A stretch of 64,000 nt of DNA. Origin: Paraphysomonas bandaiensis. Taxonomy: Eukaryota; Protista; Chrysophyceae. The notes beneath the pieces are model-generated. The model searched no databases, was not told the DNA's origin, and worked only from the letters and a program-made list of their open reading frames with translations. Within the stretch, counting starts at the first letter, position 1; each line of letters opens with the position of its first letter. The translations under genes and the position numbers were made by a program. Positions 1 to 13,100 of this stretch are shown here, one piece after another. The stretch covers positions 144,958-208,957 of the forward strand of contig CBFFRP010000071.1 in the NCBI GenBank assembly GCA_965644295.1, written 5' to 3'.

Positions 1-515
1 AGACCTATGCACGAGATAAGCATGATTGTAAGGAGAGTCACTGATGTATGACTATATTTCTGAGAACAGATGTTCACCAGATGTTATATTATTATGTTGT
101 GAAGCTATGTTTTGCGCAACAGAGGAAGGTTCTAGTTTACGCGAAGAGCAAGGTTAACGTCTGTACAATGTCCAATTCTAACAGACTCGGACGTCCTCAG
201 CTGCCCTTGAACTTACAAGCGTTTGGCTCCACTTACCACCATTCAAAGAGTTTGAAGCATGGTTATAATTCAATATGTTGCAATAGTATTGTAAGGAATA
301 CGGTAGTGTCTAGTATTTTAAGGTATTCGAATCAGTGCATTGTACTATATATTGTACAAGTGTCATTAATCAATAATATGTAAACTCCTCCGTAGATTCC
401 ATTATTAGTACCAGTCATTAGTCAACATCACCATATTCATTCAAAATTATTTAAAATATATGCTTGCATCCGGCCACATCTGTCGATTAGCTTTTAGAAA
501 CAACAGCATATTAAG

Positions 516-1189
516 AGTAGTATGAATGCCTGGTTATTAGCAATAGGCTTGTAAGAGTCAGATCTAAAGTAGCAAAAAAATTTAACTAACTAGTGCTTAA
601 CTCTGATATTCCACTAATTTTGGCGCTACAAAAGCTGCTTGTGCGTCACCGCAAACACCGAGGTGCAACCACTTTTGTTCTCTGTTCTTAAGGTGAACAG
701 CCCGGATGCTTGACTTCGTAGTCATTAGGTAGTCCAATACGTCGGATACCATTGAGATGGGCCCATTCCCGGATGCCTGTTTATTCGTCAAGGCCCAAAG
801 ACGTCTACACAAGCGACACTATTCACTATTTATTGATCCTTTTACCTTGTACCACACAAGCATTTGGCTATATGAGAGAGCAGAAAATTTCTGCTCTCTA
901 TTCTCTATGTATATGGCTCATGTTAGTTTCTCCTATACTTATGAACGGAAGTGGTTGCACCTTGGTGCTTGCGGCGACGCACAAGCAGCTTTCGTAGCGT
1001 TAAATAGTAGGATAAAAGAGTTTGTATTGATTAGTTACGGGTAGTGGTCTAACTAGTATGACTAGCATTCTTCTAGCCACGAATTGATGCAAGGTCTCAA
1101 CGCCTATTGCTAAATAATCAGACATTCACTACTCCTATACTTATTCCCCAGAACACCACGAGAAGGTGCGAGTCCGACTTTGTTGAGTG
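516..1189 (-). mobile_element. Ribozyme-headed non-autonomous retroposon (SINE-like), copy A, interrupted by a LINE 3'-end insertion
   Basis: Colinear with copies at 28112-28391, 51775-52368 and 53252-53512. Head is cTCAACAAAGTCGGACTCGCACC...GGTGTTCTGGGG. Tail is ...GCCTATTGCTAATAACCAGGCATTCATACTACT, matching the LINE 3' end. Confidence 0.85.
943..1131 (+). mobile_element. Severely 5'-truncated LINE copy (3' UTR only) with 13-bp TSD
   Basis: Near-identical to the LINE 3' UTR at ~35859-36048. Flanked by CTCCTATACTTAT at 930-942 and 1132-1144. Confidence 0.92.
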
Positions 1190-1462
1190 ATTCGGAAGTC
1201 AATTACAACGTATGTTGTCATTGTGTGATATGTTCTTGGAGTCAAATGTGTGTTGAACTCATGATTCCTTGGTGAATAAGTTTTGGGTTCGAAAGAGTTG
1301 TCTACATACATACCACATAAAACTACTTGCAAAGTTCCACCAAGATATAACTACGTATAGATCTTTCGGCTAATAATAGTGCTTTATAAATATATCAAAA
1401 TATTAAAAAAATTACGAAAAATATGCAATTCCGTAACGACTGTACAACAACCTGAAAATTAA

Positions 1463-4400
1463 TCACAGCTGATTTAGTTTCTCTTTTTTCTTTTGCACCT
1501 TAAGTGCCATTTCTGCCATCAACCCCGCCATACCACCTTCAGGTTTACTTGGCAAGGGTGTCTGATTTTTAACTGCTTTTTTTGAAGTAGGCTTCGAAAG
1601 TTTTGCTTGTGCACCAAAAACGGATGCGCGACGCATGATGGAACGTGATGGTTGGCGCAATTCCTCAGATTTATCACCGGTGCATTCATTCTCGCTGGTG
1701 GATTCCGTGACTTCATTTTCACGTTTTGCCAGTGAATCCATTTTGTTGGACATATAATCTTCTGCTTCGTCCTTATGAGACACCTCGTCGGGCACAATAC
1801 TCTCCTCTTCTGGATCAAATGGGCCTTCATCCGACATATCTCTACGAAATTATTAATACTAAGCAGAAAATCGAGAAAAATATAGTACAACCTGTAACAG
1901 GAAGTTCTAACCGAGGTCTTTAAAAATTGACGAATATCATTTTCAGATGGTGTTATTTGCGAAAAATCTGTTGTTTCTGGCGCCCATGGCAATTCCTGTT
2001 TGCACTTGGTCTGTAGACTCTGTAATACTCCCTGCATCAACTAATTAGTCCTTAACTCACTTTAATTCTAACATATAACCTCTTTCCACGCTGCCTTATC
2101 CCCCTTCGCATCATTGTCAAATGTCTCTGGTAGAGAGGCAAACACAGCCCTTAACTCAATTTCATCCAACCCTTGTGGGCTATATTTCGACTGTAGATCA
2201 GCAATGTGAAGTCTTGCGATGCGAGACGAGTCCATACGGGTCAACCACAACGCCTTTTTCATCCATACCCTCTTTGCCACACTCTTCGGAAGTTTGTCCT
2301 CAAGCATCACCAATGTGCAAGCTGAAGCAATCGAAGGTGGAACAATAGTGCGCACCATTCGAAGTGCAATTTCGTTCACGGGCTTATTTTCCCTCTCCCA
2401 CTTTTCTCTCCTTTCGGCCTCCTTCTTTTTATATTCAGGGTGGTTACGAACAAACTGATCCCACTTATCAAAATCCTTTGCTGCGTCTTCATCTCCTTCC
2501 ATAAGACGCATCAAGGCTGCTTGAAGTTTCTGCTCGGCCTTCGGAAAAGTTACTACTTCAGCAACTGGCTGCGCCCCAAGCGACTCCACTTGACTAGTGA
2601 GAATATCAATTAACATGCGTTGCTTCTTCACTCGCTTCTTCAGACGCAGCTGTTTGCCTCCGTCATCACTGTCATCCACATCGCCATCATCATCATCAAC
2701 CGATTCTTCATCAGATGAAACATCAAACACAATATGCTGGTCCTTAATTCCTTTAGCATTAGACTGCAACGAGCGCGAGAGACTCGATGTCTGCTCTCCA
2801 GGAATCTTGAAACGCGTTCTTATAACCTCTAACTCCCTTTCAATTTTACGATGAGACACTTCGACGAATTCCTTATCCACCTCAATGTCAATCTTTTCCA
2901 TGATATAAGCACGTAACGCACTCTTCGTCTCAGAATCAGCTGTTTCATTGCTTCCATCACTCTCTATTAAGCGCCAACGCAAAGCTTCAATTGCTTTGTG
3001 CTTTTCTACAATTGATTGCTCTAATATAGCAAGATTCTTCTCACATTCCTTCAAATTATCATTTGCTATTTCGATAGAAGCAATATCCGCATTTAATTCG
3101 CGCAGTTGGTTTTCACTGCGCGTATAGCTCTGCTCGAATGTACTGATGTCTTCTAACGACGAGGACAAGTTGGACGCTTTCATTTCATTATATCGAACCA
3201 GCAATTCTTCTTCTTGTTGCTTCAACATATTCAGATCATACCCATATCTCTTATCGGTCGCAGTCAAGGTTTCTAATTCTTTCGCTTTAACAGATTTGGA
3301 AGTTAACAAATCATGCATCGATTTTAGTTCAGATTCAAACGAGTTTATAGCTGCGCGCTTGTCAGTCAGTTCCTTCTCTTGTTTTCTAATGTTCTCTCTC
3401 AATGCTTCCCTGTCTGTGTGCAATTTCACAAGCAATCTATCCGGCCAGCCTGGACCTCCCAGAACAACAGACGACGTATTGCTAATTTCGTTCCTTTTCG
3501 CCACGTACTCCATTTTGAGGAATTGTGTAGCGCCATCAGCATCCTCCTCGAAGGAATTCATCAGAGCTAGTAAAGCATCGGAGTGTGAATCTGGCACGTG
3601 CGAGTTATTGCATACATCCCGCAGGCGTAGCTCAAGCTTTTCAGCTTCTATTTCCTGCCCAGTTAGACGATACAAGGAAGCAAGTCTGTCCACACTTGCA
3701 ATAACTATTTCACTCGACTCACCATATATAGATGTCCGCATATCGATTACTTCACTCATTATCGCCACTGCTTCACCCATACGCCCTTCCATGGCAGCAA
3801 GGTCGGATAGACTGTGCATCGTATTCGCCACACTACTATGAATATCGCCATAGTTCAGTTTACGAGAAGACAGTGCAGTATTGAGACATTCTCTAGCCTC
3901 TTGGTATCTGCCCATTGCAGCAAGTAGCATGCCCAAACTATTGTTAGCTACTGCAAGAGCAGGATGAAGTTTATTTTCAGACGAATAAAGCTCTGAGCGA
4001 ATAGCCAGTGATTCACGCAATGCTTTCTCAGCATCGGTGTGCATCAGCATGCTCTTCAATACGAGACCTAAATTGTTGAGAGAAACCGCAATGCAGAATC
4101 TACTATCTGAGCCTTCATATAATTTCCGCCTAATTTCAAGACATTCATCAAGATGTTTGCGGGATTGGGCGAAATTTCCCTCTAAGTAGCACAGATGGCC
4201 TAAAACCTTCAATGATTCGGTCACAAAAACATGAAAATCGCCAAAAATTCGTCTCCTTCTCTCAAGAGCAAGGGAAATAAGCGATATAGCATCCTCATTT
4301 TTACCCTGTTGAGCTAATAGTGTCCCTAAATTGTGCATCGCAGTAGCAACATGCGGATGATTTTCGCCATGAACTCTGCGTAGTATATCGAGTGCCTTCT

Positions 4401-7400
4401 CATGCATTGTTTGAGCCTGTGCAAACCGTCCTTTACTGATCAACACCCTGGCAAGGTTATTTAACGCCATTGCTATGCGGGGGTGATTTTTCCCATACTG
4501 ACTGCTAAGAAGTGATACAGCCTAACAACCAGAGTAAGTTAACCATATCATATATATCTGTATTGTTTCACCTTCTCATGAATGGGAACAGCTTCGTCGA
4601 ACTTGTTCTCTGCAGACAACAGGGCGGCAATACTCCCCAGCGCAGACGCTGATACTACCACGGGTGCATCATTACTATCCTGTCCACTTCGATCGCCGTT
4701 TTCACCGTCCACGTGAAAATTCTCTGACGTACTCTCACCCAAACGTCGGTATATTTTAATGGACTCCTCGCGGTGTCTCTTGGCTGCTCGTTCTTCACCT
4801 CTTTCACTGAACAAATCTGCCAGTAGCTCAAGTACGTGTGCTATTGTCGCACTGTGCAACCCTGGTGCGGAGCGAAGCTGCTCAAGAGCAGCATCATAAA
4901 GCTCCCGTGCTGCCTCAAAATCATGCCTATCTTTCTTCAGGTCAGCAAGAGCACAGAGTTGCTCGGCAATAGCTTTCACCACACGACCGTCATCTCCATC
5001 ATATTGTGTGTCACGTAACAATGCGAGAGCGCGGGATAGACACAATTCCGCCTGCTGGTGATTAGATTGTGCGGAGTACATATCAGCTAAGGCATTCAAA
5101 GCTTCCACTGCAGAGTCCGTGCACATACACTTTTCACTTAAACTCAGAACTTCATTAAGTATTTCTTCCGTCTCACTATACTTCGCTTGTGATTTATATA
5201 TTTTTCCGATCTTACAGAGTACTGATGTACTTTGATTACTGTGAACACCATAGAGCTGTTTCATAATATCATACGCCACCTTGGCTTTCTCGACAGCAGC
5301 ACAATAATTCCCTTGCTCGAGCAGCACATCGGATAGACGGAGGTACACTTCAGCCTTTTCATGCACCACAGAAGGAGATTGTATTGTCAGAGCATTTAAA
5401 GTCTCCAAAGCAGACAACAGCAGTTCTTCAGCAGAGCTGTACTTAGCCTGTGCAAAATCACACTCGGCAATGTCTACAAATACTGATGGAACACGTGAAT
5501 GCACAAGGTCCTTATTAGTTATAGTTTCGTACACTCCAATCGCTTCACAAAGGGCAACTCTTGCATCATTATATCTATCAGAGGACATCAGCATTTTCGC
5601 TCGCCGTTGCAATAGTTTCGCTACAGATTCGCTCTGATCTCCTCGAATTCGAATTATGGTGTCCACAGCGCATTTGCTATGCCGCAGAGCATTATCAAGT
5701 TCATTCTGCATACACTTTACTTCAAACATACGTTCATGAAACACGGATATCTTCAATTGGGTCGCTTCATCGGAAGGATTATCCTCAAGTATATGCTGCC
5801 ATATTTCACAGAGTGACTTCAAACTTAGCTCCGCCACTTCATAGTTTCCTTGTGCAAACGAAACATCTGCCATTTCACTATATATATCCCCTATAAGTGG
5901 GTCAACACTAGGATGCTGTGAGACTTCCTGTCTACATTCAAGCGCCTCTAAGTAGCGCATACTAGCTTCCGCTAGCCTTCCCATCCTGAAGCAACACCAA
6001 GCAACACGCTGTTTCCACGTGGCAACCTCACCTGAGTGTGACGTACCAGAAGGGGCTAGTGTCGTTAAAATGTCGAGTGCACGAGTAGCCAGCACATGAG
6101 CTGTTGGGAATATACCTTTCTCAACCGCAAAGTGAAAAGCAGATTCGCACAAATCAAAACAAACTCTCAACTCCGAAGTTGCTAAAGTCACCGCTCGCTC
6201 CACGTGAGAGAGAAGAGACTCTCTACTCACACCTTCATCCGACCAAGCTTCTTCGCGAGGAGCATTATTTTCTGTTCCAAAATACCCCAGGAGAAATCGT
6301 ATGATCTCCATTGACACTGTTTTCTCTCTTCCCTCCTGCTGAAGTGTGTACTGCACCGCATCTTGTACGCTTTTCTCCACTCCAATGGTTACAACAACTC
6401 GCTTACAACCACCCGATGATTCTTCATCTTCATCATCTTCCACACCATTCTGGTTTGTATTCATATCAAGGCGATGCTGAATTCGTATAATACCTAGTGC
6501 AACAAGCGGCTCCAATAAGCGCTTCACTTTTTCCTCCCTCTGCGAGTCACTCACATCCGCTTGATGGATATTTAGAAACTTTTTAAGTGTATCATTATCA
6601 CATTGCATCGGCCACATCGAGTCTGCGCATAGTTGTGTTAGAGCTGTGTTTATATTCTTTTCAAGCTGTTTCTTAGAATATGCGGTCGATAGCTGTGGGA
6701 ACTGGACCACCTGCATTTTAGCAGAGCACTTGTCCCGAATAGTGTTGAAGAAATATTCAATGTCGGAATATCTCCGATATACACTCCACGTGTACATCAA
6801 CTCGCCACTCGTTTTAATCAGCCTAGGGAGGAGGGAATGAATCGTGACGATAAACTCTATATCCTGATCACTAGCTATTTCTTCTACAGCTGAGATAGAC
6901 AAACGCATTGCAGTTGCAGGAATCACAGCACCCATTGAGGCCGCGTCGGACAGGCAGAGTGGCATATAAGATGGTCGAATCCAGTCAAATAGTATGCGAA
7001 TGTCTACACTGTCTGAGCAAATAAAGCACATTAGGTCCATAAGTCGTTGGATTGTTCTATCACAAGCCGTTTCCATGTCCTTGGCTGTGTTAAGCCGCAT
7101 GACCAGAGACTGATACGCCAACACCACTCTAGCGACGGCACTATCGCATGACGGTACTGAAACATGTTCCGGCATAGAGGGCATCTCCTTCAGACGGTCA
7201 AGATATTCCCTTGGGCCAATCTCGCAAAATGAGCGATTTCGCATGCAATTGATAGTTCTGAGCGCGCTTGCAAACCAGCTGGGTGAATAATCGAAATGCT
7301 GGAGCAGTTCGAGGATATCTGCTTTGCTGATGTCCCCAACAGTGCACAGACCTTTCTCTGCAATGGTCAATCCTTCTTCGCCGGATAGTGGGCATAATTC

Positions 7401-8390
7401 TATCACTCTAGGACGGGATTTGAATATAGTTCTCCATTGATTGGTATGGATACTGAGAGACAATGCAACCACTGTGCCATCTCCAGACTGAGGAATCATG
7501 TCGGACGTGACAAGCGAGGGGTCATCAGCCCCGTCTAATACTAGGAGATAAGGCATTGGTAGTCTTTCCATCCATCTAACAACTACAGATATAATAGCAG
7601 GAGCAGGGATTGAAGAAATGTCACTTTCCCATGTCATAAAACTGGGGTCGTTTCGAGCGATTCTCTGTGCCAGGTAACGAAAAGAAGATGTGATACTTGC
7701 CTGAGAGCAACAAGTGAGCCACACTACCGCTCCATATATTCCCTCTTCAATGCACTGGTATGTACACTCAAGAATTGTCTCCGAGCGGCCCATTCCACCA
7801 ACACCTGCCTTGTTGACTACGCACATGTGTCGTGGCTTACCGGATGGCCTCATCATTTCGCATACTTTAGAAATCACATCACACCGTGGAAAAAGAGACA
7901 TGTTACGGTCCGGGAGGAATATCATAGGCCACAGGGAATTAATCATTGCTTCACTGGATGCTCTGGAGCATACCCATGGTGATTTGACATTAGGTTGCTT
8001 AGCAGGAACATACACCCCTATTCTCTTAAGAAAGAGTATGAATTTCGTCACTTCTTCATCAAAACTCTTGAAATGAACTACAGACTCCAATTCAATACGT
8101 GCCATAGTAGCCGAGTTAGCGTTTACGGTTTTATCGATAACATTAGACTGTATATTCTGCAGACTCTTGTATAGACACTGCAACAAGTTCCGCATCTCAA
8201 TATCTGCAGTTACACGCGTTAACGAGTAGCTATACGCACATTTCAAGGGCTGTCGTAAGTCCCTCAATATACCACATAATACACTAATATTCTGCAAGGA
8301 TGATAGCAGTGCAAGTGCCCGATCATTGACAATGGAAGCATAATCCATTATTATCTTCAGTAATTTCGGATTGTTTGTTGTTTTCTGCAT
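1463..8390 (-). CDS. ~2260-aa NLR-like protein: degenerate STAND/NB-ARC NTPase, inserted PX-like domain, many TPRs, coiled coil, C-terminal domain of unknown function
   Basis: ORFs 4548-8390, 2068-4470, 1519-2040 and 1463-1837 join in frame via GT-AG introns 4522-4571, 2032-2079 and 1842-1891. Motifs: GVGGMGRSE (Walker A-like), YGAVVWL, LLVLDGADD (Walker B), TWSVYRRYSDIEYF (PX), HPHVATAMHNLG-type TPRs. The frame stays open to an acceptor near 8510, so a further 5' exon is possible. Confidence 0.85.
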
Positions 8391-9013
8391 GTTTATTATG
8401 TGAAACTGATCAGAGACACTGATTGCAAAGATCTGTCCCGATACTGTGCATGTGTAAGGCTCTCTGCACTGGTTGATTGGAGAGTTGCTTCAATTGAGGC
8501 TAAGTCCAACTGTGATTATTACACCCAATAAAATCATATTAATTAGGACAAAATTTAATTTCATGTTGTGTAATAAAATTTTTATCCCATAAGATCACGA
8601 TGAGGTCGTAGTGATTTGGTGTAAAATGAAATTTTGTTTTTTGTTTCGAAAAATTTTTTGAGGACAAGCAGACAGCAGAACACCCCATCTAGATTACGTA
8701 TAGGTGTGATAGTATACAGAGTATATGTCACTGTATTTTGTGTATACTGGATAGAGGCATATACGTATACCTACTCTATAGGATGCCTGTACTGCTGGTG
8801 TATACCATATACGATCGTAGTGTATTGCACATGCTGTGGTCGTGTATGTATGTACTGTATGTCACTGCTCTCTGTATGCAGCTGTACAGGCAGCAGCAGT
8901 ATGCCTAGCAGTGAGCAGCACATACACACACATACATACACACACAAGTCTGTCTCCTCATAATATTATCTCATATTATTAAGCGCTTAGTATCCAGGAC
9001 ACGATAATCTAGG

Positions 9014-9664
9014 ATGTCTTTAGTGCCTCATTTCTGGAAGAAGTTGCTGCCTAAGCCAGTGTATGAAGCGGTAGTCTCATATATACATACAGTGGCCGCG
9101 CTATAGACTCATATTGTATTGCAGCTCTGCTTACTGAAATTTCATCCGGATCGTGAGTTGAAATACACTGCTAGAGATAATAAAGTCAACCCTGCCTATG
9201 GATCGAACCCAACATATGGACCCACAAGCAAGAGAGATAACCCCTTCTCTGTGCTGAAATACACCTCTGATCCCAGAAATTTCAAGCCTGAGGTATGGTC
9301 CATCACATATCAGTGATGTAGTATTTTAATTCATGTTATTGAGTAGAATTTTACGATAGCGAACACTCGGTATGGTATGTTAAAGCTGCAAGAAGGTCAG
9401 AATCGTGCGAATTCGAAGGGCCAGGACATCCCTGCCGTTTTCAGTTATGACCCAACCGGTCTGTCTACTCCAGCGACAGCCACATGGGAAGCCTTGGACA
9501 AGGAACTCGCAAAAGTCAAGCCTACTCATTTTCCAAAGGATGGTCCCACTGAATTGGAGATGGCTGAGTACAGACTTGAGTGCATTGCCAAAGGAAGACC
9601 GGTGACCGAGCCACCTCACCGCTGGAAGAAGGTGTCTTCTCACCGCCACATACTTCTCATTTAA
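9014..9664 (+). CDS. Hypothetical protein, at least 3 exons (~180 aa); 3' end uncertain
   Basis: ATG at 9014. GT-AG introns at ~9072-9124 and ~9293-9346 join ORFs 9119-9316 and 9377-9664 in frame. Confidence 0.6.
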
Positions 9665-10118
9665 TTCTTCCCGTGCATGCTTTTTGGGTTTATGTTGTCG
9701 TAAAATATCGCATGTACTGAGATTTGAGGTGTACTACATTAGCTAGTGCGGGAATAAAGGCCGAACTGTCATAGAAACTGTGATTTCATGCCTTATTCTC
9801 GGAAAACCAAATAAATAAGTAATGAGTTCGAAACATGATGATGAAATGTGCAATGCGAATATATTTGAACTAATTGTAAAATGTTCTGTCACAATGTGTT
9901 TTAGTTTTGTATGGCACATGAGTGCATGATAAACAATGAACACCCCAGTTTGCTAGATTAGAGCATCAGTGGCGTGTCCTATTTCTTCGTTCACAGCCAT
10001 TGCTTAAAGCATTAATGATCAATATCTTAAAGTGGAAGTAATATGAATTCGAATTAAAACTACTACTACAAAGCCAGTGGCAGAAAAAATTAGCCAACTC
10101 ATATACAAAGTATTACTA

Positions 10119-13100
10119 TCAATCCTTTATAAGTTGTACATCGTTCTTATCCACGTATATATGGGAAGGACATTGCTCTGATATCATTCGCTGATATATA
10201 TCCACTGAATTAAAAGAAAATATATTATTCGTTGTCACTTGCTGACCACGGGTGGTGGTTACAGAATACGGCACATGTCCAGCTAGTTCGGTGGTGGGAA
10301 CGATATATAGTTGCCACTCACGATTATCTGTCTTTGATAGGGCCGCCCCCCATTTCCCCTGCCCTAATATATGGATCAGATTCTCGCCCATCCTGATGTT
10401 GGAGTGATCGCGGTAACCCTGCAAGTGTAATAAACTAAGTTCACTCTCATTTCAAATCATATCAATGACACTCACCATGTACGCAGAATCTAATATTGTG
10501 GGAATGTTCTCCATATCCATCACAACCTCTGTGCGGACGTCCTTCCTATGTAAGTATTCCATCGCATCTATGATAAACTTTCCGTCGCTATTTGACACCA
10601 TTACTGCAGGAATAGTGGTAGACCCTATCTTAGATGAAGTAGCACGTGAAGCTGAACGGAAGGCGTCAAATCGCTAAAATTGTTCAAGTAGCAGGATGAC
10701 TATACCTTGTGTTTTCTCTACGGGTGACGCTTCCGTACTTCCAGTATTCATACCCGACATCATGAACAAATTGGGCTGCAAACACTATGAGGTTAAAATA
10801 CTATGCCATTCTGAGTAGTACCTCCGTGTTTACGACAATAACTCCCTTGGCTCCTCCATCTTCCGCATTGATAACCTTCTCTTCGAACATACAGTCACCA
10901 CGGTCAGCTAACAAAACTTTGCCACCGTATGGTAGAGAATACTCCTGTTTAGTAGCCTTCTTAGATCCCCAATTAAACCACCCCCTGCTTGGTTCGGGCT
11001 CGAGTTCTGCGCCATCGGTGGAAGAATCTTTCGCATCCGGCACGCGCTCGCTCCCGTCTGCATTCACTATAGTCGTTTTTACCTTGTGAGGTGAGTGACA
11101 TGACTTAGTGTCTGTAGAATAATGTGGGGCGCCGACGACTGGTTCCTGAGGGAAAGTGGATATATGACCAGTTGGACCGAAAGATGCAATCGAACAACAT
11201 CTGCATAAGCAATTAGGCATATAGACATCATCCAATAGCCGGAATACCTTTTTTTCTCTAGTTCGGATGGAACGAACTGCTTGTCGAACTTTTTCGAACC
11301 CCAAACATTTTTTCCTGCATCTGAATTTACTTCCGGCCAGTATGCATTCATATGTATATTGCAGGTGGATATCGTCCCATCCATAGATGCAACAACTGTG
11401 GATGAATGTGTGGTGTTGAATTCTTTGACAAAGACGGATGGCTGACCGACACCTGCTATTTCAATGGTGTTCCCATACTTCAAGCTGTTTATTATAAATC
11501 CATCCAAATAGACGTGAACCAAAAATGTTCCTAGCTTTCCCACATTAACTTCTACTACTTTTTCCACTCCTTCTCCTCCAGGTGCTGAGGGTGTTACAGG
11601 CTCATCACCAATCGGGCAAATGGAGCGAGGGTCAAAAGGATCAGCCTTTTTGTGCATGAGATTAAGTAGACTCGCCAGATCGAATACATTAGTAGGGTTG
11701 TCGGTTCCCTCACCAGCTCCCTCCACAGAAACCAGAGAACCCGCATGCTGATAAGGGCTGTAATTCCACCAATATCGTTTCGGGCATTGTAGATGTATCG
11801 AATGCAAAGACTTGCCCTCCTTCCAAGCTATGTACTCCTCGTCAGTATTTCCTACTTCGATAACTCCCTCTGTATCATCTTCACCGCCCTCCATACTGGG
11901 CCTATATATATCATCATCCGGATCAGCCCCAGTAAAATGGCTGAGTAGACGGTCGAAAAAATCATAGTAACCTTCACTTTCTCGGGGAGGAGTCTTAGCA
12001 CTTACATCGCTGCACTCAAAGAGTTGCATTGGGTCAAAAGGGTGTGCCTCAGTGGAAAAAATATACCCCCGGTTGTGTACAAAGTTATTCTCATCAAAGA
12101 GCAAAAATAGATACTTGCATGTTTCTGACAAAAAAAATGATGGCATTGAATCTTCAAGCGCTCGGGTTGTCACATCTTTCACCGTTGCATATCCACATTC
12201 CGTCTTAGTGTGCATCTCTAGTGATCTCAAGAATTCCCTTCCAGCAGATAACCAGGATCGATCCCCAGTAGATCGGTAATGCAGATACGTACTTTCCACG
12301 AGCTCTGGACGCAGCGGATATAACTGAGATACTAAACCTGCTTTTCCAGGTGTCCACTGAACATAGTCGAATTCCTCAGGCAGGAAGCCCACATCACTCC
12401 ACACAATGTAAAACGCATTTAGCAGCCTCGCACTTGAATCGGTTAGTCCTAGCATAGCCTCCATTCCAGGCCAGAAAGCCTGAAGATTTTCAGAGCGTTT
12501 CTTGCGTAACTTTCCAGAAAACATATCAACGTCTATGAACCAATCACCGCTCATGGAATGCTTCTTCACGGCATGGTAAACTTCAGTGAACATGTGGTAA
12601 TAGTCCTTGCGTCGAAAGAGGAGGTACGCCTTTAGAAGGTACTCATAAAAAGAATCACTATTACTACCTACACCGGAAAGGGTCTCGTGCCACTTGCCAC
12701 TGCGGACGTGAATATGTTTACCGAGTAAGCCAAGGGCACTCCTCCTTTGAAACAGAGCCTCCGCTGCTTTCATAGCAGCAGCCCCGTACTTCGGATCTCC
12801 ACTAAGACAGGAAAGCACCTCAAACTCCAGGACAAGGGAACCAGCTCCAGCAGTGGAAGCGAGCTCGGTCTCTCCCTTAGGCACACCTCGCAGTAAATTC
12901 ACCGTACCGTAAGGAATTCCTGTCACAGTGCGAAAAGCAGGCATCAGTCGATCCCCTAAATCCACAGCCAGATCAAGAAGTCGGCCGTCATATCCACCGT
13001 CAGCCTACGCAAAAGATCATATTATTTCAAACACAGATTATACCAACATTGTACATACATATATTGCTAGCTCCGGGTCGACGGCCATCAGGTGTGCTGA

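Noticed and set aside
3146-3841. 231-aa plus-strand ORF and similar antisense ORFs (e.g. 22655-23185, 23964-24452, 57246-57740)
   Set aside because: Shadows of well-supported genes on the opposite strand.
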